Shown here piece after piece: positions 47,367-56,693 of a stretch of 64,000 nt of DNA. Origin of the DNA: Chloroflexota bacterium. GTDB lineage: Bacteria > Chloroflexota > Anaerolineae > Aggregatilineales > Ch27. The stretch spans positions 19,405 to 83,404 of the forward strand of contig JAIOAT010000001.1 of the NCBI GenBank assembly GCA_019873685.1, in the 5' to 3' direction. The stretch's first letter is position 1, and each line of letters starts with the position of its first letter. A model generated the notes under the pieces. It saw only the letters and a program-made list of their open reading frames with translations. It was not told the DNA's origin and did not search any database. The translations under genes were made by a program, and so were the position numbers.

Positions 47367-47870
47367 TCAGGGCGTAGCCTCTTGCTGAAGCTGCTTGCGC
47401 CAGGCGCGGATGCTCTCCGCGTGCTCCTGCTCGTGCCAGATAGCCGTCTCCTGAATCAGGTAAGCCAGCGGCTCGCCTTCCATCCACTCGAAACGTAATG
47501 GGTCTTCCAGCGACCGTTCATCAAGTCCTTCAATAGCCAGCAGGAGGTGTTTATGCACGCCGTGAAAATCCGGCAGCAGGACCTCCAGCGGTCGGTTGGC
47601 ATGCTGGTGGTACTGCTCCATGTTCCACTCATCGATATCCTCGATCAGGACAATGGGTGGTGCATTGCGGTAAAGGGGGGAGAGTTTGCGATTCAGGGCG
47701 GTGACCAGTTCGGCTTCCCAGGCGATCAGGTGGGCGATGATATCCTTAACCGACCAGATGCCTTCTACGCCGGGTCGTAACATCTCGTCTTCTGATAACC
47801 CTTCAATGGCAGCGAGGAATTCGGCCCGCGCTGCGCGGAGATCGTCAAGCAGTGCTTTCTTGCTCACCAT
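47367..47870 (-). CDS. DinB-like four-helix bundle protein (DUF1706 / ClbS-DfsB-like)
   Basis: WSVKDIIAHLIAWE and WHEQEH His pattern. Confidence 0.85.
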   Translation of the reverse strand: MVSKKALLDDLRAARAEFLAAIEGLSEDEMLRPGVEGIWSVKDIIAHLIAWEAELVTALNRKLSPLYRNAPPIVLIEDIDEWNMEQYHQHANRPLEVLLPDFHGVHKHLLLAIEGLDERSLEDPLRFEWMEGEPLAYLIQETAIWHEQEHAESIRAWRKQLQQEATP

Positions 47871-47887
47871 ACCCTGCTTTCAGGTGC

Positions 47888-48487
47888 TCAGGCGAAAATC
47901 CCGGTGATCCACTCGATGGAGAGCGCCCCGGCCCAGGCCAGGACGGTTGACTGGATGATCTTACCCAGGGTGGCGGCCAGCAGGAACTGCCACCAGGGCA
48001 TGTGGGAGGCCCCGGCCAGCAGACCGGCCATATCGAAGAAAGGGTTAGGGATGATGGCCAGCACAAAGATCGCCAGCGGCCCAAAACGATCCATCCAGCG
48101 ATCAAAACGCTGGTAGAGTCTGGTATGCTCCAGAGGAGTCGCGCCGCCGTAGCCAGCCAGGTAACCCGTCAGCTCGCCAAGGGCAGCGCCCGGCCCGGCA
48201 GCCAGTCCCAGCAGCCAGGGGTTGAGTGTGCTGCTCATGGCGATAACATACACAAGCCCCGGCACGGGCAGGATCACCGTCGCGTTGCCGGCCAGCATGA
48301 TCAGAAACGCGCCCAGGTAGCCCAGCGCACGCAATTCCTCAATGTGGTTGGCCAGCAGGGCGATCACGACCGTGATTGCCAGCGCGAGTGCGACCGCTCC
48401 TACGCGCTTCCAGGGAATTGTGCTGACTGACCTGCTGATCGGCAGTCTCTGCGCCTGTTCAGGAACGTGGGAGTTTTCCAGCGACAT
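47888..48487 (-). CDS. DedA/VTT (SNARE-associated) membrane protein
   Basis: GAALGELTGYLAG, FVLAIIPNPFFDMAGLLAG and FLLAATLGK motifs. Confidence 0.88.
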   Translation of the reverse strand: MSLENSHVPEQAQRLPISRSVSTIPWKRVGAVALALAITVVIALLANHIEELRALGYLGAFLIMLAGNATVILPVPGLVYVIAMSSTLNPWLLGLAAGPGAALGELTGYLAGYGGATPLEHTRLYQRFDRWMDRFGPLAIFVLAIIPNPFFDMAGLLAGASHMPWWQFLLAATLGKIIQSTVLAWAGALSIEWITGIFA

Positions 48488-48755
48488 GGCGAAATCCTCA
48501 GGATCGGAGCCGTCTCTGCCTGTAATAACCCTTCCACCTGCCTGGCGTATTGGCCAGCCGCCCGAAGTTTACGTCCCGTTTGGCTTGCCGTCAACGTGCC
48601 CGGCAGACATTGGTCGTGATTGCTATGGACTCTGCCACCGGGAGGTTGACCCGCGCCGGGAGACAGTGGATTAGAACACTTGTGTGAGCGGCGATTCTCT
48701 ATTATTCTTGCGGTAGACAGCGGGTCAGCACCTACAGACCGGAGGGGAAGAACTC

Positions 48756-50048
48756 GTGCGGTTTCTCCATATCGCGGATGTTCACCTGGGCAACCAGCAA
48801 TACAACCTCAAGGAACGATTCAACGACTTTGGTCGCGCCTTTGGGGATATGGTGACGCTGGCGCTGGATAAGGGCGTAGATGCGCTGGTTATCGCCGGTG
48901 ACCTGTTCCACAAGGCGGCAGTGGAACCGCTGACCTTGCTGCAGGCCGAGGACGGCCTGCAGCGTTTGCACGATGCTGGCGTGCCGGTGATCGCTGTGCA
49001 TGGCAACCATGATAGCGCGCGCTACACCGCCCAGATGTCCTGGCTGGATTACCTGGGGGAGCGCGGTCTTATTCACCTGCTGACTCCGCAGTTCGAGCCT
49101 TCAGGCGCCGTGCTGCTGCCCTGGGATGACCGGGAAAAGCAGGGGGCGTACCTGGATATCGGCTATGTGCGGTTTGTAGGTGTGCCCTGGCTTGGCGCAT
49201 CAGCACCGCGGGCGCTAGGCGAGATCGCTCAGAAGTTGCCTGCGCTGCCGGCGGATGGGATCAGGTTTACCGTGCTGGTGACGCATGCTGGTGTGGAAGG
49301 CCAGATGCCGCACATGCCCGGCGGACTCAAATTCAGCCAGATCAGCCCGCTGAGAGACATGGTGCAGTATGTGGCGCTCGGTCACCTGCACAAGCCGTAT
49401 GCCGTGGACGACTGGATATACAACCCCGGTTCACTGGAAACATGTAGCTTTGACGAAGCGGAGTACAGGCGCGGCGCTTACCTGGTTGAGGTTGCGGAGG
49501 GGGGCAGTCACCACGCCGAACATCTCGTCAACGTGCAGCGATTGTTCCTGTCAGTTACGGTTGACGTTGATCTCTGTGCGACGCCGGAAGCACTATACAG
49601 CCTGGTTCGGGCGTTAGTTCAAGAGGCCAGACGCAAGCATGAGGCCGATCTGGAGGCGATCCCGGATCCTGAGCGCCGTAAGCCGGTCGTCCGCCTGATC
49701 CTGCGCGGGAACCTGGCCTTCGACCGTTCCCAGCTTGACCTGGAGAAAGCCCGGCACATTTTGCTGGAGGAGTTCGAACCCCTGCATGGGCGGGTCGACG
49801 ACCGCACGACACTGCTTGGCCTGGCAGTGGAGAAAGGCGCCGACCTGACGCGGGAGGAACTGGAGCGGCTGGTGTTCGCGGAACTGATCCGGCGCGACCC
49901 GCGTTTCAGAGGGCATGAGGATGAGATGACAACCCTGTTGCTGGAAGTGAAGGACAAGGCTCTCAAGAAGACGGAACCGGCGGCCATCTACGATACGCTG
50001 GACTCTCATCTGCGCTGGATGGAAGAAGGCAGCGATGTGGATCACTAA
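48756..50048 (+). CDS. sbcD: Mre11/SbcD-family nuclease
   Basis: HIADVHLG, AGDLFH, HGNHD, VTHAG, ALGHLH and YNPGSLE motifs. Confidence 0.93.
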   Translation: MRFLHIADVHLGNQQYNLKERFNDFGRAFGDMVTLALDKGVDALVIAGDLFHKAAVEPLTLLQAEDGLQRLHDAGVPVIAVHGNHDSARYTAQMSWLDYLGERGLIHLLTPQFEPSGAVLLPWDDREKQGAYLDIGYVRFVGVPWLGASAPRALGEIAQKLPALPADGIRFTVLVTHAGVEGQMPHMPGGLKFSQISPLRDMVQYVALGHLHKPYAVDDWIYNPGSLETCSFDEAEYRRGAYLVEVAEGGSHHAEHLVNVQRLFLSVTVDVDLCATPEALYSLVRALVQEARRKHEADLEAIPDPERRKPVVRLILRGNLAFDRSQLDLEKARHILLEEFEPLHGRVDDRTTLLGLAVEKGADLTREELERLVFAELIRRDPRFRGHEDEMTTLLLEVKDKALKKTEPAAIYDTLDSHLRWMEEGSDVDH

Positions 50049-53013
50049 CGTCCAACTGACCAACATCAAGAGCTATGGGCCGGATGGCCAGGAGATCTTT
50101 TTCAAAGAAGGGGTTAACCTGATCCAGGGGGAAAATGGGGCAGGCAAGTCCACGATCCTGGAGGCGATTGGCCTGGCGCTCTTTGACCGCAAACCCTATA
50201 ACCTGGGGAGTTTCGTCCGGGAGGGGGCACGCACCGGGAGGATTGAAGTCGGCTTCATCAGCAGCTTTGACGAGCGTGAGTATGTGGTGGTACGCGCGGT
50301 AGGCGGGAGTAGCCAGACGTATATCTACGATCCACAGATCAAGGCGAAAGTCTGTGAAGGCCGGGACGATACGCTGAAGTTCATCCGCAATCATTTGCAG
50401 GCCGAAGAGGGCGACGATCTAGCTACCTTCTTTGTGGATGCTGTTGGCGTACCGCAGGGGACGATGACGGCTATCTTTCGCGAAACGGCGGCTCTGCGGA
50501 AGGAGAAGTTCAACCGGCTGCTACGAACGGACGCCTATGAAACCGCCTATGAGAACCTGCGCGAGACAGTGCGCTTTATTCGCGACAAGATCAGCAATAG
50601 TCAATCCCAGCAGGCGCATCTGCAGGGCAAACTGGCTGACCTGCCGAATGTGACCGCCGCGATCGACGGGATTACCCGGGACCTGGCGACAGCTGAAGGC
50701 CAATATGTAGAACTCTGCCAGCAACTGGCAGCCGTCAGTGAGCAACGGCAGGCAGCCGACCGGCAGCGGGATCGCCTGGACGAACTGACGCGACGGGTCG
50801 AAGCCGCCGCGGCTGAACTCAGGGTTGTGGAAGAAAAGCTGGCCTCAGCAGGCAACGCTGTCCGGGAGGCCGAGGCAGCCCAGGATATCATCAGCAGGAC
50901 CAGGGCAGCCTATGACGGGTATGAGGCTGCTGAACGGGAGTTGGCTGCCCTGCAGGCCAGACAGCAGGAGTACCGCCGCGTTCAGGAACGCCAGCACGAA
51001 CTGGACAAGCAGCATGACCTGCTGGTCACTGCGCTGAATCGGCTACGCGGTGAGCTAGAAGAGGTCATCCGGGCTGAGAAGGAAATGGCCGAGCTTGAGC
51101 CACGGGTCCGCGAGCAGGAGGCGCTGGAGGCGGTTCTGGCACAGGTACGGGCTGACCAGGCCACACTTCAGCAAAGCAGGGCGCAGCTGGACCGTCTGCA
51201 GGCAGTTCTGGCTGACCTGCGCAGGCGTATTGACAGCAGCGAGGACTCTCTGGTGGCCGCCGGGTTGAGCCTGCCGGAACCGACCGCTGGGGCTGTCGAG
51301 ACCGGGGCGGAGAGCGCGGAGGTCGCCGCTGAGCAGGCTCGCGCTGTGGTGGCGCAACTGGAGCGCGCTGCAGATCGCCTGGCCGCGGCGCAAGCTGCTC
51401 TGGATCGGGAGATGCGGGAGCAGCAAGCTATGGCCGAACAGGTGGCGCGTAGCCGGGCAGTGCAGGAGCAACTCGATGCTGCGCGGCGGGCGCTGGACGA
51501 TCTGGGTGGCCAGCGGCGTACGCTGGAGGTACGGCTGGAGCGTCTGCGTAGCGATCAGGCCCGGCTGCAGGAATATGCGGCCCTGCTGGCCGAGGCCGGG
51601 GCTACTTGCCCGGTGTGCCGGCGACCAATGGATACGCACGCCCAGGCGCAGGCGGCAGATCACTACCGGCAGGAACAGGATCAGCTAGCTGTGGAGCTTG
51701 CCAGCCTGGAAGCTGAGCTTGACCGGATGAGCGGTCAACTTGCAGGAATCGAGATGGAGCGCACGGGTTTGCAGGCTGAACTGGATCGGCTGCCCGGCGC
51801 AGCCAGCCTGACTCTGGTAGAGCAAAGGGTTCGGCAGGCCCGGAGTGACTATGACAGTGCTGCAGCCGAGGCTGCCGACTCCTACGGTCGTTGCCAGGCG
51901 CACCTGCACACGTTTGAGCGGATGTTGGAGGCAGAAGCAACGGCAGTGGATGACCTGCAGCAGAGCGCAGCGCGGCTTCCGGAACTGGAAGCGCAGTGGC
52001 AGGCTCTCGGCGATCCGCGCCGCCGCTATGAGCGCGCTCAGGAAGTCGCCTCTAACCACATGGAAATCGAGGAAGCTCTGGGCGCGCAGACAGCGGAACT
52101 GGCGCGCCTTGAAGCGGGTTTGGCGGAGGTTACGGCGCAACTGCGTGAGTTTGCTGATCTGGACGTCCGGCTGGCGGCGGCGGCTGAGGAGAAAGCGTGC
52201 CACGAAGCTGGCTACCGGGAGTACCTGGCGCACATTGCTGTTGCCGGGCAACTGGAGATCCGCCGGGCGCAATTGCGGGACCTGGAGGGGCAACGCGCTG
52301 CCTGCCAGGCAGCCCATGAGGTAGTCGTGCAGGAGCGCGATGCTGTTGCAGTTGCCTATGACGCTCAAGCTCATGAGGGTTTGCGTCAGCAAGAACAGGA
52401 ATTGCAGAGCGCACGGGTGGCGGTGGAAACCCGCCTGGAGGAATGGAAGCGTACCCTGCAGGCTTATCAGGAGCGGCTCGTCGCTCTGCAGGAAGTTCAG
52501 GCGCAGCTGCTGGCGCTGGAAGCGGAGGAGCAACGACTGAATACACGGCTTGATATCCTGGAATTTCTACGGGAAAGCATCCGCAAGGCAGGCCCCGAGG
52601 TCGTCCGGCAACTGGTGCGCCTGATCAGCGAACAGGCCAACCAGATTTTCGGCGACATCCTGGGCGATCACAGCATGGTGTTGAACTGGGATGAGGCGTT
52701 CGGAATCACGGTCAACCAGCGGGGGCAACAGCGTGACTTTGAATTGCTTTCCGGGGGTGAGCAGATGGTAGCGGCGATGGCTGTGCGGCTGGCGCTGCTG
52801 ATGCATCTGGCCAATGTGAGATTTGCCTTTTTTGATGAACCGACGACCAACCTGGACGACATTCGGCGCGAGCAACTGGCCGAGCGCCTGGCCAGCCTGA
52901 GGGTGTTACAGCAACTCTTTGTGATCAGCCATGACGATACGTTTGAGCAGGCCGGTTACCACGTGATTCAGGTGACCAAGGAAGATGGGCTTAGCCAGGT
53001 GAGGCCGCTATGA
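50035..53013 (+). CDS. sbcC: Rad50/SbcC-family SMC ATPase
   Basis: NIKSY, GENGAGKS, VPQG, long coiled coil, CPVC zinc hook, LSGGE, FDEPTTNLD and ISHD motifs. Confidence 0.95.
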   Translation: MWITNVQLTNIKSYGPDGQEIFFKEGVNLIQGENGAGKSTILEAIGLALFDRKPYNLGSFVREGARTGRIEVGFISSFDEREYVVVRAVGGSSQTYIYDPQIKAKVCEGRDDTLKFIRNHLQAEEGDDLATFFVDAVGVPQGTMTAIFRETAALRKEKFNRLLRTDAYETAYENLRETVRFIRDKISNSQSQQAHLQGKLADLPNVTAAIDGITRDLATAEGQYVELCQQLAAVSEQRQAADRQRDRLDELTRRVEAAAAELRVVEEKLASAGNAVREAEAAQDIISRTRAAYDGYEAAERELAALQARQQEYRRVQERQHELDKQHDLLVTALNRLRGELEEVIRAEKEMAELEPRVREQEALEAVLAQVRADQATLQQSRAQLDRLQAVLADLRRRIDSSEDSLVAAGLSLPEPTAGAVETGAESAEVAAEQARAVVAQLERAADRLAAAQAALDREMREQQAMAEQVARSRAVQEQLDAARRALDDLGGQRRTLEVRLERLRSDQARLQEYAALLAEAGATCPVCRRPMDTHAQAQAADHYRQEQDQLAVELASLEAELDRMSGQLAGIEMERTGLQAELDRLPGAASLTLVEQRVRQARSDYDSAAAEAADSYGRCQAHLHTFERMLEAEATAVDDLQQSAARLPELEAQWQALGDPRRRYERAQEVASNHMEIEEALGAQTAELARLEAGLAEVTAQLREFADLDVRLAAAAEEKACHEAGYREYLAHIAVAGQLEIRRAQLRDLEGQRAACQAAHEVVVQERDAVAVAYDAQAHEGLRQQEQELQSARVAVETRLEEWKRTLQAYQERLVALQEVQAQLLALEAEEQRLNTRLDILEFLRESIRKAGPEVVRQLVRLISEQANQIFGDILGDHSMVLNWDEAFGITVNQRGQQRDFELLSGGEQMVAAMAVRLALLMHLANVRFAFFDEPTTNLDDIRREQLAERLASLRVLQQLFVISHDDTFEQAGYHVIQVTKEDGLSQVRPL

Positions 53014-54170
53014 CACCGTTGTATGCCAGCCGGGTAGCCGAGGCCCTGGCCCGCAAGGGAGGGGCATTCGAGGCCTCTGAACGCGATATGCGTGAAGATC
53101 TGGCCATGCTTCAGGAAGCGCTGTTGGTGATGGGCCGCCTGTCGCGCCAGGAGGTCGACGCGCGTATCGCCGGGATTGACCGGCCCGGCGCGCGCCCGAC
53201 TGAGGAGCAGGATACCCGGCCGTTGATCATCCCCTTTGAGACTCGCTGGCCGGATCACCGCCAGGCGCGTGAGTGGGCCTTGAACACGCTAGCCGGGATC
53301 ACAACATTCGCGGTTGATGGCTCGCAAATCTTCCCAAACCGGGATATGTCCATGCCGGTCGGTCTGGTTCAGGTAGGCTGGTTTGAGAATCCGCATGATG
53401 TCGCCGGTACTTATACCAAGGATGTGCAGGTGGAGGTGCTGACGCCAGCCGAGTTGTTGCAGGCGGTTGAGGCCGGATACGCCGAGCACGAGGTCGAGTG
53501 GCGGCGCTTTGTCGGCGAGGTTCAGCGCCTGAAGGAGTTCATGGAAGCGCGTAAAGGCAGCCCGGCGCTGGCGTTTCTGGATGGTTCGCTGATTCTGTCA
53601 TTTGTGCATACCATGCGCGAGTCGCGGCAGCGCGAGTACATCGCGCAGGTAGTTGACCTGCTGCAGTGTTCTGAAAGGACCGGCGTGCCGGTGATCGGCT
53701 ACATCGACTCCAGCTTGGCCGCTGACCTGACCACGCTGCTACACCATGCTGCCGGTTACCGCGGCGGGCGGGTAGGAGACGCCACTGCGCTCCGGCGGCG
53801 GATGCAATGGGGCGACCGCACGCGGTGGTATGTTTGCAGCCGGGATGATGAGGTCGTTGACAGCGGGTATTACGAGCGCGTGCTGTTCACGTATCTCAAG
53901 ACGACGCGGGATTACCCCCCGGCGCGGGTGGAGATACCAGCCTGGGTCTTTGAGCAGGGACGGCATGAATGGGTGCTGGATGTCGTGCGCGCCGAATGCA
54001 TTGTGGGGGTGGGATACCCGTATCCGCTGGAGACGGCGGACGCGGTGGCTGTCCTGAGCATGCAGGATCGCGAGCGCTTTTACCGGTTGTTCCAGGCGTT
54101 TGCCAGTGAGCGCGGGATCAGCGTGCGCTTTAGCCGCAAGCTGGTCAGCAAGCGCGGACGCCGGGTGTGA
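53010..54170 (+). CDS. nurA: NurA-domain nuclease
   Basis: FAVDGSQI, FLDGSL, IGYIDSS, ARVEIP and GYPYPLETAD motifs; ATGA overlap with sbcC. Confidence 0.85.
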   Translation: MTPLYASRVAEALARKGGAFEASERDMREDLAMLQEALLVMGRLSRQEVDARIAGIDRPGARPTEEQDTRPLIIPFETRWPDHRQAREWALNTLAGITTFAVDGSQIFPNRDMSMPVGLVQVGWFENPHDVAGTYTKDVQVEVLTPAELLQAVEAGYAEHEVEWRRFVGEVQRLKEFMEARKGSPALAFLDGSLILSFVHTMRESRQREYIAQVVDLLQCSERTGVPVIGYIDSSLAADLTTLLHHAAGYRGGRVGDATALRRRMQWGDRTRWYVCSRDDEVVDSGYYERVLFTYLKTTRDYPPARVEIPAWVFEQGRHEWVLDVVRAECIVGVGYPYPLETADAVAVLSMQDRERFYRLFQAFASERGISVRFSRKLVSKRGRRV

Positions 54171-54176
54171 GGGAGG

Positions 54177-54788
54177 GTGATCGTGGGCGTATCGTTGGGG
54201 AAGATCGTCAAGTCGAATTCGCATACGGACTACATCTGCCAGGTCTACGGGCGCAACGAGTTTGACCCTGCGCCGGGTGTAGAGAATTACGCGCTGGGCA
54301 CCTTTGTCCGGATCGAGCTGGAAGGCGGGAAGGCTGGCGCACTGGTGGGCCTGATCTACGACACCGTGCTGCTCAACCCTGACTTTGGTCGCCTGGGGCC
54401 GCGGCTGTCGCCGGAGACCGAGCTGGCTATGTTCACGCCGGATTACCTGAATGAGCGGGCGGTGCTGGTGGGCATCACCGCTATCGGACGGGTCAAAGCG
54501 GATGGAGATGTGTTTCAGGGCGTGCCACTGCTGGCGGCCAACAGCGATGCCCAGGTTATCCAGATGACGGACGACGAAATCCGCGCTTTCCATGCCTATG
54601 ATGGCGCGCTGCATCTGGACTACCTGCCGCTGCTGGCGCACATGGATCATCCGCTGGCTCTGCACCTTAGCCTGATTGTGCTGAGGAAGCTGGGGCGCCT
54701 GTTGCCAGAGTGTGCAACCGAACTGGCGGTGTTGAGCGATGACCTGTTATGGCGGACGCAGATCGGGCCGCTGGGAGGGATGCAATGA
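54177..54788 (+). CDS. stand-alone HAS-barrel-like protein
   Basis: LGKIVKSNS..YICQV, LGTFVRIE, VGLIYDT and FQGVP beta-barrel pattern; located between nurA and herA. Confidence 0.7.
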   Translation: MIVGVSLGKIVKSNSHTDYICQVYGRNEFDPAPGVENYALGTFVRIELEGGKAGALVGLIYDTVLLNPDFGRLGPRLSPETELAMFTPDYLNERAVLVGITAIGRVKADGDVFQGVPLLAANSDAQVIQMTDDEIRAFHAYDGALHLDYLPLLAHMDHPLALHLSLIVLRKLGRLLPECATELAVLSDDLLWRTQIGPLGGMQ

Positions 54789-56452
54789 GCCAGCCACTGG
54801 GTCGGGCCAAAGGGCCGGGGCCGACGCCCCATAGCTTCCTGTTTGTCTCGCCGGATGACGAGCAGAAACTCAAAGTTGGCGAATTCATCACCTATCCGGT
54901 GTCTCTGGGCGGTGGCCAGGAAGAACCGGTGCTTTCCCGGATTACCGAGCGCCGACCGGTGCGCCTGTACCCCAATGCTTTTTCCGGCGATCCACAGGTA
55001 GACCCCAACCGGATCGCCGCGATGGTGGGCTACCAGGGCCGGAGCAGCGAACTCTTCGAGATCACGGCTGAAGTCATTGGCTACTATGACCGCCAGTTAA
55101 AAGATTTCGTCAATCCGCGTGTGCCGCCCCGCGTGGGGACGCCAATCACGCTGGCTGAGAACACTTACCTGTCGGATGTGCTCAGCCGCTGCAAACCGGA
55201 TGACACTGGCGCGGCGACGATCGGCTGGCTGCTCAGCCGTCCGCAGGGTGAGGTGCCGGTGGCGATCGATGTTGGCGCTGTGGTCAGTACGCACCTGGCG
55301 ATCATCGCTAGCACCGGGGCGGGCAAGAGCTACACGGCCAGCGTCCTGATCGAGGAGATGATGCGGGCCAACAACCGGGCGGCGATTCTCGTCATTGACC
55401 CGCATGGCGAGTACAACACGCTGGCCGAACTGCCTAATGCCAAACAGCTGTGCCGGGATGGTTACCGCCCGGAAGCGCGGATTTACGCGCCGGGCGATGT
55501 GAAGATCCGGGTGGGGACGCTGGAGCGGGGCGATCTGCGTTATCTACTGCCCAGCGTTACCGACCGCATGGACTACATGCTGGGCCGCGCCTACCGGCAG
55601 GCGCAGAACCTGAGCCGGCAACGCTTCAACTCGGAAGACCGCTGGACGCGCGCTGAGTTGCTGGGCGTGCTGGATCGCATCGACGAGGATGCGGAAGACA
55701 ACTTCGACAAAGGGACCATCCAGGCGCTCCGGTGGCGGCTGGAAAGCACGATCAAGACGGGCAAGGGTCAGATCTTTGACGACCAGGAGCAAACCTCGCT
55801 GGAAGATCTGTTCCGACCGGGGCGCTGCTCGGTGATGCAACTCAACCAGATCGACAGCCGTGAGCAACAGGTGATTGTCGCTGCGCTGCTGCGGCGTGTT
55901 TTCACGGCGCGGATGCGCACCAAGAACGGCGAGGTGGGGCCGGACAGCGACTACTACCTGCCGTACCCAGTCTTCATCCTGATTGAAGAGGCGCACAATT
56001 ACGCTCCTGCCGGCGTTGATATCGTCACGACCGGCATCCTGAAGAAGATTCTGGCGGAGGGCCGTAAGTTCGGCGTCGGTGTGGGGCTGATCAGCCAGCG
56101 GCCCGGTAAGCTGGATTCGGACGTGCTTTCCCAGTGCAACACGCAAATCCTGCTGCGGATCGTTAACCCGATCGACCAGGCCCGTGTGCGGGAGAGCGTG
56201 GAGAGCGTCGGGCGGGACTTGCTGGCCGAACTGCCGTCGCTGACCAAAGGACAGGCGATCATCTCCGGCGCGGCGGTGAACACCCCGATGCTCTGCCAGA
56301 TCCGGCCTCGGTACACCCGTCATGGCGGTGCTGAAGAGGATGCGCCGCGGGCGTGGGTGACTTACGCGGATAGCGCACTGGCTCGCCAGCGGGAACAGGA
56401 TAGTGCGCTGTTACAGCCGACAGGACGGCGCAACCGTCTCTATAAGTCGTAA
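54785..56452 (+). CDS. herA: HerA/FtsK-superfamily ATPase (HAS barrel plus DUF87 ATPase)
   Basis: THLAIIASTGAGKS, IDPHGEY, LIEEAH, EGRKFG, SQRP and SQCNT motifs; ATG 54785 overlaps the previous stop. Confidence 0.9.
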   Translation: MSQPLGRAKGPGPTPHSFLFVSPDDEQKLKVGEFITYPVSLGGGQEEPVLSRITERRPVRLYPNAFSGDPQVDPNRIAAMVGYQGRSSELFEITAEVIGYYDRQLKDFVNPRVPPRVGTPITLAENTYLSDVLSRCKPDDTGAATIGWLLSRPQGEVPVAIDVGAVVSTHLAIIASTGAGKSYTASVLIEEMMRANNRAAILVIDPHGEYNTLAELPNAKQLCRDGYRPEARIYAPGDVKIRVGTLERGDLRYLLPSVTDRMDYMLGRAYRQAQNLSRQRFNSEDRWTRAELLGVLDRIDEDAEDNFDKGTIQALRWRLESTIKTGKGQIFDDQEQTSLEDLFRPGRCSVMQLNQIDSREQQVIVAALLRRVFTARMRTKNGEVGPDSDYYLPYPVFILIEEAHNYAPAGVDIVTTGILKKILAEGRKFGVGVGLISQRPGKLDSDVLSQCNTQILLRIVNPIDQARVRESVESVGRDLLAELPSLTKGQAIISGAAVNTPMLCQIRPRYTRHGGAEEDAPRAWVTYADSALARQREQDSALLQPTGRRNRLYKS

Positions 56453-56507
56453 CGGCGCTTTTTCTGCTGGCGCGAGCGGAACTAACGGACGGTTTTGCTG
56501 GCATTGC

Positions 56508-56563
56508 GGCAGGGCTGCCGACCGGTCATTGACGTCACCGGACGGCTGCCCTGCCTGTTGTTT
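56508..56563 (+). terminator. long imperfect hairpin after herA (probable operon terminator)
   Basis: GGCAGGG..GCCG.CCGG---CCGG.CGGC..CCCTGCC followed by TGTTGTTT. Confidence 0.55.
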
Positions 56564-56598
56564 CGCTACGCTGCCTGTCGATTTGTTTGCGGCAGACG

Positions 56599-56628
56599 TT
56601 TACAGATTATGTAGGAACGTGGTACAGT
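56599..56628 (+). promoter_or_regulatory. sigma70-like promoter TTTACA-N18-TACAGT
   Basis: Near-consensus hexamers upstream of ATG 56694. Confidence 0.4.
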
Positions 56629-56693
56629 AAAGATGAAAGTGGGGTTCGTGTTTACTGTCAGGCCGATAGAGAGTTTCTTTGGGGAAGATAGCG

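Noticed and set aside
48673-48686. AGAAC-ACTT-GTGTG upstream of sbcD as a LexA (GAAC-N4-GTTC) box
   Set aside because: The right half-site has two mismatches; too weak to call without a genome-wide model.
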